Assembly (NCBI GenBank): GCA_030324005.1
Contig: JARDVH010000160.1
Coordinates: 22,818,297 to 22,882,296, forward strand
Direction: 5' to 3'
Length of the DNA: 64,000 nt
Origin: Negaprion brevirostris
Taxonomy: Eukaryota
In this document: positions 1-12,195 of the stretch, in pieces
Position numbering within the stretch: position 1 is the stretch's first letter
Layout of the letters: every line of letters begins with the position of its first letter
Made by a program: the position numbers and the translations under genes
Notes under the pieces: generated by a model
Seen by the model: the letters and a program-made list of their open reading frames with translations, nothing else
The model's database searches: none
What the model was told of the DNA's origin: nothing

Positions 1-112
1 GGGATCTAATGGGATTGGGGGTTATAGATAGGTCTATGGCTTAGTAGGTATAGAAGTGATCGGCGCAACTAGTGGGCTGAAGGGCCTGTTTGTGCTGTAG
101 TGTTCTATGTTC
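1..112 (+). mobile_element. CR1/HER1-type LINE 3' end
   Basis: gggctgaagggcctgtttgtgctgtagtgttctatgttc tail typical of elasmobranch CR1 LINEs. Confidence 0.7.
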
Positions 113-369
113 AAACAATAGCACACACTTTCTAAGACCACAGTAGGCCTTCCGGGATATTGATCTCATCGAATAGCTGGAAGCGTACTCCCAATTGACA
201 AGGGGCACCTGTCAGTGATCACAAATAAACTCCAACAGATTTGCCTGAATAAATGCATGATGAGAAGTGTGATAGTATCCGCTGCCAACAAGGGTGATCA
301 CACGTGGTGGCACCACGAAAGCTTAGTTCATACAACAAAAACACTTTATGGTCACAGGCAATCTCCTAT

Positions 370-830
370 TCGACAATGAGCATCTGATCATCCCAGTTTC
401 CTTCAGGTCTGAGGCCCTTCACAAAAGCCACCTAGGCAACAAGTGCAGGGTACAGTCCAATCTGTTGTCTGATGGCTTGACATTTCCTGGGTGATTGAGC
501 ATACCATGGCAAACTGTCAGGTGCATGCATTACACAGGCAGGACCAAAAATGCCCTCATTCCCTATCAGGCTATGGGAGAGGCTGAGCATCAACATATTT
601 CAAAAGCAAATCGTTCCTTATAATGGTGGATTACTTTTCCAGATAGTTGAGACGAAACAAATATAGATGACTACCATAGAGGCAATAATTAAAGCACCGA
701 AAAAGGCATTTATGAACCATTTTGGACAAGACAGTACTAGATAATGGTCCACAACTTTCAAATGAATACTTTGTGTGCTTCACCACCATGTCCAATTATC
801 ATCACTATACCAGTTCCAAATCAACAGAGG
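370..830 (+). mobile_element. Decayed Ty3/Gypsy integrase remnant
   Basis: Broken frames give LIIPVSFRSEALHKSHLG (Zn-binding region), WERLSINIF, MVDYFSR* and DNGPQ (integrase core motifs). Confidence 0.75.
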
Positions 831-2313
831 CCAGCCACTGTGATCAATCTAATAGTTCTCTTCCCTTGGACAATGTATTGTCTGGAAGTATTTGAGAAGA
901 ATGCTATGCAGAGCTGGCTGGCATGCAAACCATTCATCAATGACAAATACATTGGACAACTGCTGCGGAAATCAGCAAAGTCAGGCTATTTCAGGCACTT
1001 TGAAAAATGAAATGCCATACTGTCAGATACTTTTGGTTTTAGCAATATTTTATGGATAATTAGTTTTATTAAACAAGTAAAACATGTATTCTTGACTGAA
1101 GTTTTGTGGCAGCTACATCCATGCCGTGAGCATATGGATGAAGCTATAATGAGAACTGTTGTGTCGGTTCCTTGGAACCTGGAACGTCATGTAGCCAATT
1201 GATCAACATTTTGAACTTTAAGGAACATCATTGTCAGAAAAGAGTTAATTTGCCAGATTGCAGCTTTTTTTTTTATAGGCACAACCTTTTTATAGCAAAA
1301 AGAGTGACGCTAAGACAGTGATGTTTTTCACAGATTTTAATAGTTGAAGCCTGAATTTAACTTTCACCATGTGTGTTACAGAAGTTATTCTGTTTGCAAT
1401 GCCAATAAAAAGTAAATAAATCTGGGTCAGGGTACAGCAGCAGCAAAATTAAATCCACTCGCATGACACTCTGATAAATCAATCTGGTTAGAGGGAGAAT
1501 CTTTTTTTCTGACCAGTTTACGGTTTGTAACAGGTAACGCATATTCTCATTACAAAATCACCGGCTGCAGTCATTAATTAAATCACACAAAAATTGTTTT
1601 CTAATCTTAAATGTCCAGTCGTGTCTTGAGAAATGTATCTAACAAATGGACAATATTACATCACGACAGACACGGTCAAGCATCTTTAATGTGCCAAATA
1701 AATGCTAGGCTGTTTTAAATCTACATACCACTTGAATAATATTTCTGATAAGAGGGATAAAATTTTTCCAAGCATAATTTCCAAAAATGGAATTTTGTTT
1801 GCCACCAGTGTAATTTGCTGACTTCTGAAATTACATAACATTCAAATGTATTTATCTCACAACAGACTAATCTGACGACTTCTAAGCATACTTAAATGAA
1901 CTGATTGCATCAACAGGATGAATGATCTCTGAAGACACACAAATGTCATTTTGATCGCAGAGTAATTTCTACAAGACAAAAAAGCCAATCCAAGTTAAAT
2001 CAGTGTGGTTTCACCCATTTCATCTCACTTTGAGCTGAACTTTGTTCTGTATTGTGTATTGGATAACTCTATAGCTTGCTCCAACAATTAAGAGATCAAA
2101 TTCAGTCGCTGAGTATACCTGTGATATTGGCAAACCCATTAAGCCTTACAGGAAGCGTTGGCAAATTAAATGTGAAATGTTTGAAATACAAAGTAGAATT
2201 CAAACTTTTACCCAAATCAAAATGAACGTAATATTTTTGACAAATGCTTAAGTTTAGTTTACTGTGTTGTGGTGTCATTTATGCCTTTTACAAAGCAAAA
2301 ATATAGTACAAAG

Positions 2314-2472
2314 AGGTGCAGGTTAGGTTGATTGGCCATCCTATATCGACCCTAGTGTCAGGGGATTGGCAGAATAAATGTGGGGAGTTACAGCAACAGG
2401 GCCTGGGTGGGATTGTGGTCAGTGTGGGCTTGATGGGCTAAATGGCCTTCTTCTGTACTGTAGGGATCTGAT
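2314..2472 (+). mobile_element. HE1-like V-SINE, 3' half with CR1-type tail
   Basis: ggttaggttgattggccat...gggcctgggtgggattgtggtcagtg...atggccttcttctgtactgtagggat. Confidence 0.75.
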
Positions 2473-3239
2473 TCAAAACATTCCAATGCACTTCACAGTA
2501 GATCAGAAGAATCTAACAGAGGCAATCGAAGGTGGGTTCGAAATGGATTGGCTTTCAGAGCCTTTTGAGGATAAGGAAAGTTGAAGCAAAATAAAACTGT
2601 TTCAGAAAGGAGTTGCAGAGATCAATGAAAGTTATGATGTCGATTGTGATTTGAAGAAAGGAGGGAGCACGCAGCACTGAAGACCCAAAGTTTTGGATAA
2701 TGCCAGCTCAAAAGTATGAGAGTGTGCAATAATATGGTAAAGCGAGGCCATCAAGTGATTTATAGATGAGATCAATGATTTTCAGTCACTATCTCAGTAG
2801 ATGAATATCATGATTGTTGAGTGGAGTTACTGAGGTACACAGTCTGCAGGCAGTGGAAGAATGGGTGATGTGGAATGTGTGTAGGAAAGAGACAAATGTA
2901 GCAACAAAATCTGGAGTTAGCAACAGGGGGGAGGTTTCAGTGGCAGAAGAGGGAAATGAGATCACTGTCAGAGATCGAAAGAGGTAACGGACTGGATGTG
3001 GCATTTGAAGCTCAGCTCAATACTGAACAGAACACCAAGAATGTGCACCAAAAAAAAGTAGTGAGGAGGAACACACAACTAGGAGTCATTGTGCAAAAGT
3101 TTTGGACATGAACCAAACAGGATCTGTCAATGTTTGATTGGAAAACTTTTCAGTCCTTCACTTTACATTGACAGGATAGTCAATGCAAAGGAACTATAGT
3201 CAGTCAAGTTACTATATTTCGCAATATAGTCGCAATAGA

Positions 3240-3620
3240 GTCGCAAAAACCCAGCCTGCAGGTGCAGCAGGTGGTCAGGAAGGCTAATGGGATGCTGGCC
3301 TTCATAGTGAAGCGGATTGAATATAAAAGTAGGGAGGTCTTGCTGCAGCTGTATAGGGCATTGATGAGGCCGCAGCTGGAGTAGTGTGTGCAGTTTTGGT
3401 CGCCGCACTTACGCAAGGATATTTTGGCCTTGGAGGGAGTGNNNNNNNNNNNNNNNNNNNNNNNNNNNNNNNNNNNNNNNNNNNNNNNNNNNNNNNNNNN
3501 NNNNNNNNNNNNNNNNNNNNNNNNNNNNNNNNNNNNNNNNNCTTATTGAATGGCGGGGCAGGCTTGAAGGGCTAGATGGCCTACTCCTACTCCTATTTCT
3601 TATGTTCTTATGTTCTTATA
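3240..3620 (+). mobile_element. CR1 LINE ORF2 C-terminus plus 3' tail (gap inside)
   Basis: QVVRKANGMLAFIVKRIEYKSREVLLQLYRALMRPQLE*CVQFWSPHLRKDILALEG; (ttcttatg)n tail. Confidence 0.9.
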
Positions 3621-4849
3621 TTTACAAAAGAACAACAGTATAGGCAGCAATAAACTGATATAAATGGTAACACATCCAAATACACAGATCTTTGAAGAAA
3701 TAACCCTCAAAATATTTAAAGACCACTTATCTGTAAAAGTCGCATCTGATTTAATTCTCTGTCAATGCACAACAAATAATCATTTGCATTGTGTAAGATA
3801 TCATCTGACACTGACACTTTAATCCTCCTTGTGATGCCCTCCAATGTTAGACATTGGTGTTACACTCTTCTACAGTGATTATGTTGTTCTTTTGAAAACA
3901 ACAGGCTTAGGTGAAAATGCTGAAATTGAATGAACTGAAATGGCACAAAAAATAAATGCCCTCAGTATCCTTGTATACTGAGAACATAATGCCACAAATT
4001 TATTATTGTGGAATAAACAAGAGGGTGCCAATTCCAACATCATGAAAACGCAGAATAAAAGAAAAGAGATCATGTGCACACATTCCCTTTCAGACAAGTC
4101 TCCTTGCCCATTTCAATGTCCAGGCAGTTCTAGGAAAAAGGCAGCAAAATGTATTACTGGAACACATTACCTGCAGCTCTTGCTAATTGACACCACATGT
4201 AACCAAGGGTGGCTAAATACAAAAACAAGAAGTAGTAAAGCAACAAATTTGGGTTAACATGGGTGAATTCTGATCCGTAGCTGGCAAAGTCTGGCCACTT
4301 CAAATACTCTCTATAGACCAAGGATACATAAAGGTGATATCTGGAGCAAGATCATGCCTGAGCTGCTCGGACTGTGGAAATGAACTGCAAGAAAAGTCCA
4401 GATAAGGTTAGAGGACATAAGATTAGGTTCACGCTCTGCAGTTTCACACAATTTACCACAATAAGGCATACGATGATTGCATAACCTGTCTCCAGGGTAT
4501 TATTTNNNNNNNNNNNNNNNNNNNNNNNNNNNNNNNNNNNNNNNNNNNNNNNNNNNNNNNNNNNNNNNNNNNNNNNNNNNNNNNNNNNNNNNNNNNNNNN
4601 NNNNNGGGTATTATTTCAATTGGACAAAGCCCGTGACTGCACAGGGCTCTATGGCCTAGTAGCAAAGCAGTCTCATGTTCTCAAAGTGATGCTCTTTCCA
4701 CTTTATCCCAACAATGTACTTCAACACAATCGCCTATTCTATGTAATTCTGACGATTCCTGGGACAGCCATCTAATTGCCTCTCAAAGGGCTTTCGGATG
4801 TCTGCTGCCAGCACGAAACAGAAATTGTTCCCACCAATAAGTGCCAACT

Positions 4850-5270
4850 GTCACGTCTCTCAGTCAAAGGCTGTGCATTCAAAGTCTCATTCCAGAGATC
4901 TGAACACAAAAATTCAGGCTGACCCTCCAGTGTAATGCTGAGGGAGTACTGCACTCTCAGAGGTGCTGAATTTTGAAAGGGACATTACATCAAGTCCCAG
5001 TCTGCTCTCTCAAGTCGATGTAAAAGATCCAATGGCGCTATTTCAAATAAGGGAAGGATGTTATCCATCGTTTCACAGCCAATAATAATCTCCCAAATAT
5101 CATTAAAAATAGATGTCACTATTACATTGCTGCGTGTGAGAGTTTGTTCTGTGGAAAGCGGTTGTCAACATTACAACTGTGATTACAATTTTAACTACTT
5201 CATCGGGTATAAAGCAGTTTTGAAACTATTCGGAAGTCATGGGAGATGCTATATAACTAAGTCTTCTTTC
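4850..5270 (+). mobile_element. DeuSINE (SacSINE1-like)
   Basis: Deu-domain-like gcactctcagaggtgctg...tgtaaaagatccaatggcgctatttc; L2-type tail ending gatgctatataa. Confidence 0.7.
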
Positions 5271-5652
5271 TTCAACGTTAAACAATCCAGCAAATCCAAA
5301 ATCAGCCTGACCAGGCTGTGGGTGCAAGCAGAGAAACATTCCCTACAGGAGGGAGTCTCACACTGAGTTTGACACTAATTAAGACTGTAAAATTCAATCG
5401 GCTGCCACTACTTGTTAAAAGATATTTTGAGGATCTTTAAATTCCATGAGGAGTATTTGAACATACGTGACCTTAATTTAAATTTTAGGAGAGCAGGGAT
5501 ATTCCACTCCCCATAATTTCTTTGTCGGGAGAGAGCTGTGTGTGTGTATGCATCCATGGATGGAACGAGCTCTCCCCTAGTCTGGCTAATTAGATTCCAG
5601 TCAAGATGGTTCTGTCTGGCTGCAAAGCTAAACAGCTAAAGGTCTCCAACTG

Positions 5653-5812
5653 TGGAGCTGCTGGCGTTGGATTGGGGTAGGCACAGTAAGTGGTCTCACA
5701 ACACCAGATTAAAGTCCAACAGATTTATTTGGTAGCATGAGCTTTCGGAGCGCCGCTCCTTCATCTGATAAACCTGTTGGACTTTAACCTGGTGTGGTGA
5801 GACTACTTACTG
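5653..5812. mobile_element. Palindromic Penelope-like (PLE) terminal-repeat fragment
   Basis: 45-bp inverted arms at 5684-5728 and 5768-5812 (4 mismatches); the minus strand carries gatgaaggagcggcgctccgaaag, a hammerhead-like core; flanking direct repeat ggtctccaa(c/t)tg. Confidence 0.65.
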
Positions 5813-6439
5813 GGTCTCCAATTGGTTATTATGTTTTATTATCTTGCAAGATCATAAGATTTTGGGCAAAATGTTGTCTGTGGACTTCAGAAGCCCATTA
5901 TCAGGCTCGAATGGTAGACAGAGTCCACAACTTCTGGAGAACAGTCACTCAAATATGACTTTCCCTGAACTGGTCAAATAAGGGAAGGAAGCCAGAGGCA
6001 TCATCCAGTTAAGGATGGCCACAGCGTCATAAGTGCAGAAAAGACCCTTCAGCCCATCGAGTCTGCACTGCTAGAATGTAACCAGCGATAACTTTGTATT
6101 GGATGTAATGTGAGCAATGGTAACAGGATGTAAACCATGGAATCAATTACATAATGATGTAATAGTCAACTGACCAGCTGATTCACTATGAATAAGAACC
6201 TGTGTAGAATTGTGGCAGCTTGGATTGGCCCAGGGCGAGTCCCCAAGTTTGGAATAATGATATTTTTTATTAAACCCTTTCTTTTATTTATAAATTGGAG
6301 TAAGTTTTGTTCTATTTTTATTGTCTGCATTTGAAGAGTTACTTCTAATGAAATGTGCACACCAACAATATTTACCACTAAAGGCATGATAATCCCATTT
6401 TTCTGCACTTGTCCCATATCCCCAAATATTTATATATCA

Positions 6440-6730
6440 AGTGCTCAATCCCAGGCAGTATCTTGGTGAATCTCCTCTGAACCCCCTTGAGTGTTATCAC
6501 ATCCTTTTTATAGTGAAGTGTCCAGAAATGCACACAGTACTCTAGTTGCAGCCTAACCAACATGCTGTACAATCCAACATTATCTCCTTACTCTTACACA
6601 CTATACCACGACTGATGAAAACAAGTGTCCCATATGCCTTCCTAACTATCTTATTCACATTGCGACTTCAGGGCTCTGTGAATAATTACTTCAAGATCCC
6701 AGTGTTCCTCTGAACTTCCCACTGTCCTGC
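6440..6730 (-). mobile_element. CR1 LINE ORF2 fragment
   Basis: ORF 6378-6572: YSMLVRLQLEYCVHFWTLHYKKDVITLKGVQRRFTKILPG. Confidence 0.85.
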
Positions 6731-6960
6731 CATTAGTGGGTGGCTCTCAAAGCTTGAGGGTCAATAGGCCCTCAATTAATTTAATCTGTTTCCTATTGCT
6801 TGCGGGCCAGTAGCCCCACTGAGCCATGGCCCTGTTCCATTTCTGGAAAAAAGACCCATTGGGATAAATGAGCCGAGGAGCAGGAACGCCAGCCAATGAC
6901 ACTCACTCCTATCGGTGTCTGAAGATTCAGGCCCTTGTGACAGTGTGCAGTATTATTCAA

Positions 6961-7345
6961 TCTCTTGGCCTTTTGGCTAAGGTCAAGTGTAGTATTGACA
7001 TGCTGCACTTGGTTGGAGTCAATAGGTTACATTTCAGCTTCATTTGAAGCAATTTTTTAAAGCGGCATCTCGGCCTTTCGGCTAAGATGCAAATAAGGTC
7101 AAGCCTTGGAGGAGGAGCTACACCTATGTGAGGAGGAGCTACACCTATACACTACTTTAAAAAACTGCTTCAAATGAAGCTGAAATGTAACCTAATGACT
7201 TCAATCAAGTGCAGCGTGTCAATACTACACTTGACCTTAGCCAAAAAGCTAAGAGATTGAATAATACTGCAAATGTAGATCAAGCCCAAGGCAGGAGGTA
7301 AGAGCCCTGTCTTGTCAGCTTGGATCAGGAATGTCCCAACTTGTT
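6961..7345 (+). mobile_element. U2 snRNA-headed short retroposon, copy A (rearranged, 3' end lost in a gap)
   Basis: tctcttggccttttggctaaggtcaagtgtagtat matches the U2 5' end; second stem-loop-I copy at 7065-7090; 7272-7326 matches the hairpin module of copy B; internal inverted duplication at 7155-7271. Confidence 0.75.
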
Positions 7346-7754
7346 NNNNNNNNNNCAGCAGCACAAGGAAGGATTCTAGAGTAGTGTTGTAACTAACTGC
7401 AGCTCACACCTAATTCCAAATACAAACCAATGCCCAGACACATTGTTCAACTCTAATAGTGACCAATTCTAGCATACCATGCATGGCTCTTAGCCAGTCA
7501 GCATTTGGATAGCCTTTAGCCCACTGTAGTTGTGAAAATTTACAACTGCTGTGCATTCAAAAATGTCTGAGCCAAATTAAATGGAATAGAACCTGGCTGA
7601 CTTAATGCAATGACACAGGCAGCTTGGAAATCTGACTTTCCCAGAAATTGCTGAGCAAAGGGCAAGTACTTTTAAACTGCACAAAATCGTCATCACACTT
7701 ATTTGTGGTACCTTTGTAATTGATTTAATCAAATGATTTGCACCATTGCATCAC

Positions 7755-8040
7755 AGTGATGGCATAGTGGCTAGCACTGCTGCTTCATAACACCAAGGAC
7801 CCAGGCTCGATTCACAGTTTGGGTCACTGCCTGTGCATAGTTTGCATATACACCACGTGTCTGCGTGGGTTTATTCCGGTGCTTTGGTAAGATATGCACA
7901 TTAGGTAGACTGGCCATGCTAAATTGTCCCTTGGAGTCAGGGGGATGAGCTATGGTAAATATATGGGGATAGGTCTTGGGTGGGATTGTGATCGGTGCAG
8001 ACTCGATTGGACCGAATGCACTGCAGGATTCTGTGATTTG
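7755..8040 (+). mobile_element. HE1-like V-SINE, CR1-type tail
   Basis: tRNA-like head tggcatagtggctagcactgctgc...ggctcgattc; tail gcactgcaggattctgtgatt. Confidence 0.8.
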
Positions 8041-8582
8041 CCAAATATAGATAGCTGCTGATGATAGGCATTTATAATGTAAATGGTGGGATCCTTTTCA
8101 GAAACTGCTAATATTCGAAATAATATTTGTAGCATGAAGAAATGACACACTTCACAAATAATAAACGTATCTACAAAATCAAATTCCCCTGCATTTCTCA
8201 AAAAACTGGTTTACCAGGGCAGCAAGTTCCCACTGTGTGTTAGCCAAATCTCCTCAACCAACACTATCAACATTAACTGATCATTTAATGATTGTATACA
8301 ATTTGGCCATTCTTTTTACTCAATGTCTAGACTTTAAAAGGAATTCATTGGCTGTGAAGTTCTCTGGGGGATGCTGAGGATGTGCAAGGCTTGACATATA
8401 TATAAGTAATTTTTTTTACACCTGTGCCAACAATTTCACTGATGTCAGGTTTCATCATGCGCAGCATGCATTAAGACAGACAAACATATTTCAAAAGCTT
8501 CTCAAAGATTCATAAAATGCTGAATTCTTAACTTCAAGAAGGGACGCATCTATGTGTGTGATAGCAACAGATAGACTACTGA

Positions 8583-8660
8583 ACACAGAAAATGCTAGAA
8601 AATCTCAGCAGCATCTTTGGAGAGAGAATAGAGCCAACTTTGAGTGAGGATGACCCAGGT
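8583..8660 (-). mobile_element. Short PLE-derived repeat (same family as 59003-59145)
   Basis: acagaaaatgctagaaaatctcagcagcatctttggagagagaatagagccaac is the reverse complement of the 59003 element body. Confidence 0.6.
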
Positions 8661-8849
8661 TGACTACTAATTGATCATCTGCTGTTTCTTTTCATTTATA
8701 AACCCCCCAAACATCACTGTTTTGTTTTATTCATTCATGGGATGTGGACACCACTGGCTGGGGCAGCACTAATTGTCCTTGAAGTGAGAGGCTTTCTCAG
8801 ACATTTCAGAGGACATTTAAAATGGCAGCATGGTAGACTTTCATCTGTT

Positions 8850-9113
8850 TCCATTGCTAGTAATTCCTGGAACAGGTTGGTACTCTGTTGCTAAAGTGGC
8901 ACCCCTCCACATCAAGCATGGCTGACCAGGAGTCTCTCCCACTCTTACCCCAAATCATTGGCATGTTGGAAGGATTTGCAGGTTGACGCACTCAATCTTT
9001 TTTGCCATGTTTTGAATGCACCTTCCTAAACCATCAAGTCCTGGGGCAGAACTCAAACCCAGAGCTTCTGATTCAGAAGCAGGTATACTACCCACTGTGC
9101 CTTAACACCTCCA
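8850..9113 (-). mobile_element. tRNA-headed SINE nested in another SINE (8725-8850 and 9115-9210)
   Basis: Minus-strand head ggcacagtgggtagtatacctgcttctgaatcagaagctctgggtttgagttc (A/B-box-like); the flanks resemble the reverse complement of the 10335-10575 SINE. Confidence 0.5.
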
Positions 9114-9875
9114 GACCAGATAAGGATGCCAGATTTCAATAGTGTGGACAAGATGACAATCGACAATGGTTTCATTGTCATCATTAAGCTTTTAATTCCA
9201 GATTTGAATTCANNNNNNNNNNNNNNNNNNNNNNNNNNNNNNNNNNNNNNNNNNNNNNNNNNNNNNNNNNNNNNNNNNNNNNNNNNNNNNNNNNNNNNNN
9301 NNNNNNNNNNNNNNNNNNNNNNNNNNNNNNNNNNNNNNNNNNNNNNNNNNNNNNNNNNNNNNNNNNNNNNNNNNNNNNNNNNNNNNNNNNNNNNNNNNNN
9401 NNNNNNNNNNNNNNNNNNNNNNNNNNNNNNNNNNNNNNNNNNNNNNNNNNNNNNNNNNNNNNNNNNNNNNNNNNNNNNNNNNNNNNNNNNNNNNNNNNNN
9501 NNNNNNNNNNNNNNNNNNNNNNNNNNNNNNNNNNNNNNNNNNNNNNNNNNNNNNNNNNNNNNNNNNNNNNNNNNNNNNNNNNNNNNNNNNNNNNNNNNNN
9601 NNNNNNNNNNNNNNNNNNNNNNNNNNNNNNNNNNNNNNNNNNNNNNNNNNNNNNNNNNNNNNNNNNNNNNNNNNNNNNNNNNNNNNNNNNNNNNNNNNNN
9701 NNNNNNNNNNNNNNNNNNNNNNNNNNNNNNNNNNNNNNNNNNNNNNNNNNNNNNNNNNNNNNNNNNNNNNNNNNNNNNNNNNNNNNNNNNNNNNNNNNNN
9801 NNNNNNNNNNNNNNNNNNNNNNNNNNNNNNNNNNNNNNNNNNNNNNNNNNNNNNNNNNNNNNNNNNNNNNNNNNN

Positions 9876-10022
9876 CAAATCCCCCTGGCACTTGGGTCAA
9901 TTCAGCATGGCCAATCAATGTAACCCGCACATCTTTGGAGTGCGGGAGGAAACCGGAATACCCGGAGGAAACCCACACAGACATGGGGAGAATGTGCAAA
10001 CTCCAAAGAGACAGTGACCCAT
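9876..10022 (-). mobile_element. HE1-like V-SINE fragment
   Basis: ggaggaaaccggaatacccggaggaaacccacacagacatggggagaatgtgcaaactcc. Confidence 0.8.
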
Positions 10023-10334
10023 AGACGAGACTTTCATCAACTATACGCCAGAGATGTTGGTTATGGGAGGGGGACAGGGAGGGGGAGCAGGATTCAGCAA
10101 AGGATGTGGAGATGCCATTATTTACAGGGCTGTGCATATTAATAGGCACGAAGGGATTGAAATTGCTGTTGTAATAGGAAAAAGGGCAAACAAGCTCAGA
10201 ACTTTGACTGACATTGAAGTGCCTGATGTCCCAAATTAGAGAGAGGGAGGGATGCCACTGTTGGGAGTGGCTGGGAAGAAGTAATCCAAATCCGGAATTA
10301 AGCATCAATTTTAATTGATTCTTAATCTTCTTCA

Positions 10335-10575
10335 TTATTATCTTCAATGATGATTATGAAACCATTGTCGATTGTCCGAAAGACCCATCTGGTTCATTAA
10401 TGTGCTTTAGGGAAGGAAATCTACCATCGTCACCCAGTCTGGCCTACATGTGACTCCAGAGCCACGGCGACGTGGTTGACTCTCAACTGCCCTCTGAACA
10501 AGGGCAACTAGGGATGGGCAGTAAATGTTGACAAGCCAGTGATGCCCATGTCCCATGAATGAATATAAAAAAACT
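10335..10575 (+). mobile_element. SINE sharing its 3' tail with the LINE at 45465-45730
   Basis: Ends aagggcaactagggatgggcagtaaatgttgacaagccagtgatgcccatgtcccatgaatgaatataaaaaaa. Confidence 0.65.
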
Positions 10576-10899
10576 CTCAAGAAGTCAATCAAGCTAAGTG
10601 TTACTGGATAAGTAGGAGGGCAGTGAACTGAAATATATAAAAAGGCAAACTGGTATCCCTTGGCACAAGAGTTAGGTAATGTCCTTTGGGGTATCACATG
10701 AAAACATATCCTCCGTATCACAGCAAAATAACTTGACAGTATTCATATTAATCATCACATATCCAGCAAATTGAAGACGCTAATCTTAGTAACCTTCCAC
10801 ACACGTGCATGAAGCAGATGAAACCATAACTGGAGTAGAGATGATTGAAAAACTTGAGGGCCAAATCCAGGAACTTTGCAGCTGAATTCTGGAGACTGA

Positions 10900-11310
10900 C
10901 AAATAATACCTTTCAAGATCACCTAAGATCCCAACATGCTTTACAATCAATTGAGTACTTTTGGGGTGTAATCCCTCTTGTAGTGTAGGAAACACAGCAA
11001 ACTGCCACAAATAGTAATCTGATAAATAACCAAATAATCTGGTATTGAGGAATAAACACTGTCTTGAAAAACAGCAGGAGAAAGATCCATGGTTTCTGGG
11101 CCAGTCGTGGGATCTTTTGCACCCACCTGAGAGGCAAACAAGACCTCACTTTAACATTTAATCTGAGAAATGACATGTCTGACATTGCAGCATTGTTTAT
11201 TACTGCACTGGAATGTCAATCTTGACTTTTGTATTCAAGTCCTGGGGTGAATCTTAAACCTTTTGGTTCAGACTCAAGAACAGTACCAAGTGACCCACGT
11301 CTGACACACA
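10900..11310 (-). mobile_element. DeuSINE (SacSINE1-like)
   Basis: Reverse complement of the Deu domain (gtgggatcttttgcacccacctgagaggcaaacaagacctcactttaac). Confidence 0.65.
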
Positions 11311-11662
11311 ATTTAACTAAAAAGCTGGTTAGTGTTCATCAACAGGTAACAGAAAGAAAAATCCGTCAAGCTATTAATAATCCTGAGCAACTCACTCTTT
11401 TCCCATAATGAAAAGGATCTTAAAGCATATAAGATGTCACTCCAGGATTAAGGCAATCAGCAGTGTGTGATGGGAAGGTGTGTTGCATGGGGACAATGAA
11501 TACTATGAGCAAGGAAATTAGGAGCAGGGGTAAACCATACTAAACCTTGAACCGATTCCACTACTCAGTTAGCTCCAGGCTAATCATCTAAGTCAACTTC
11601 ACGTTCCTGCCCTATTCCCATATCATGGATAAGATTTTATAGTTGATTACATGATAGATAAT

Positions 11663-11786
11663 GGGCGGGATTTTATTGCTCCACTCATCCCAAAACCAAA
11701 AAATCTCACCTCTAGGTCAATGGACCTCATGGTCCGCCCCTCGCCATTCCAATTCCCACACGGGTGGAACGGTAATATTCCAGCCA
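11663..11786. mobile_element. Short MITE-like element (GGGCGGGATTTT...ATTCCAGCC termini)
   Basis: Imperfect terminal inverted repeats; a related copy lies in opposite orientation at 44753-44881. Confidence 0.5.
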
Positions 11787-12195
11787 ATGTGTCTTATTTC
11801 AAATAATATGTCTGGGGGAATGTAGGAATGCATGCCTTCCTGAAATAACGTACTGGTCCATGCCAGCAATCAGCGAGACCTGGACAATATCCAGATTTTG
11901 GGCTGATGTGGCAGGTGACATTCACCCCCATGTTATTGTTAATTGATCTTCCGTTCAGTACAATATTAAAAACACCCCATTCTGATCACATGCACAAGAA
12001 TAAAATCAGGACAAGATAATCTATGGAGAAGGGAAATCATTTAAAATAAGCTTTTTTTTTGTTTCTAAGAAGACCACAGAATCACTCAAATCTTTTATTT
12101 ATTGTTTTATAAGGAAAATAACAGGGTTAATCTTGTACCCACTGAGCACACATTCTACTTGTGTCAATACTGTACACATTGTACAGAATCAGTAA

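Noticed and set aside
6961-6995. Functional U2 snRNA gene (also 59795-59830)
   Set aside because: Similarity ends at about nt 39; stem-loops II-IV and the rest of U2 are absent and no snRNA promoter was recognised.
9126-10347. Long ORFs of 222-387 aa (also 13342-13838, 52717-53723)
   Set aside because: They are open only because they run through N-gaps.
10755-10892. 'IWP'-containing ORF as possible snx19 exon 9
   Set aside because: The surrounding residues do not match QESIWPGG, and the ORF begins inside a DeuSINE.
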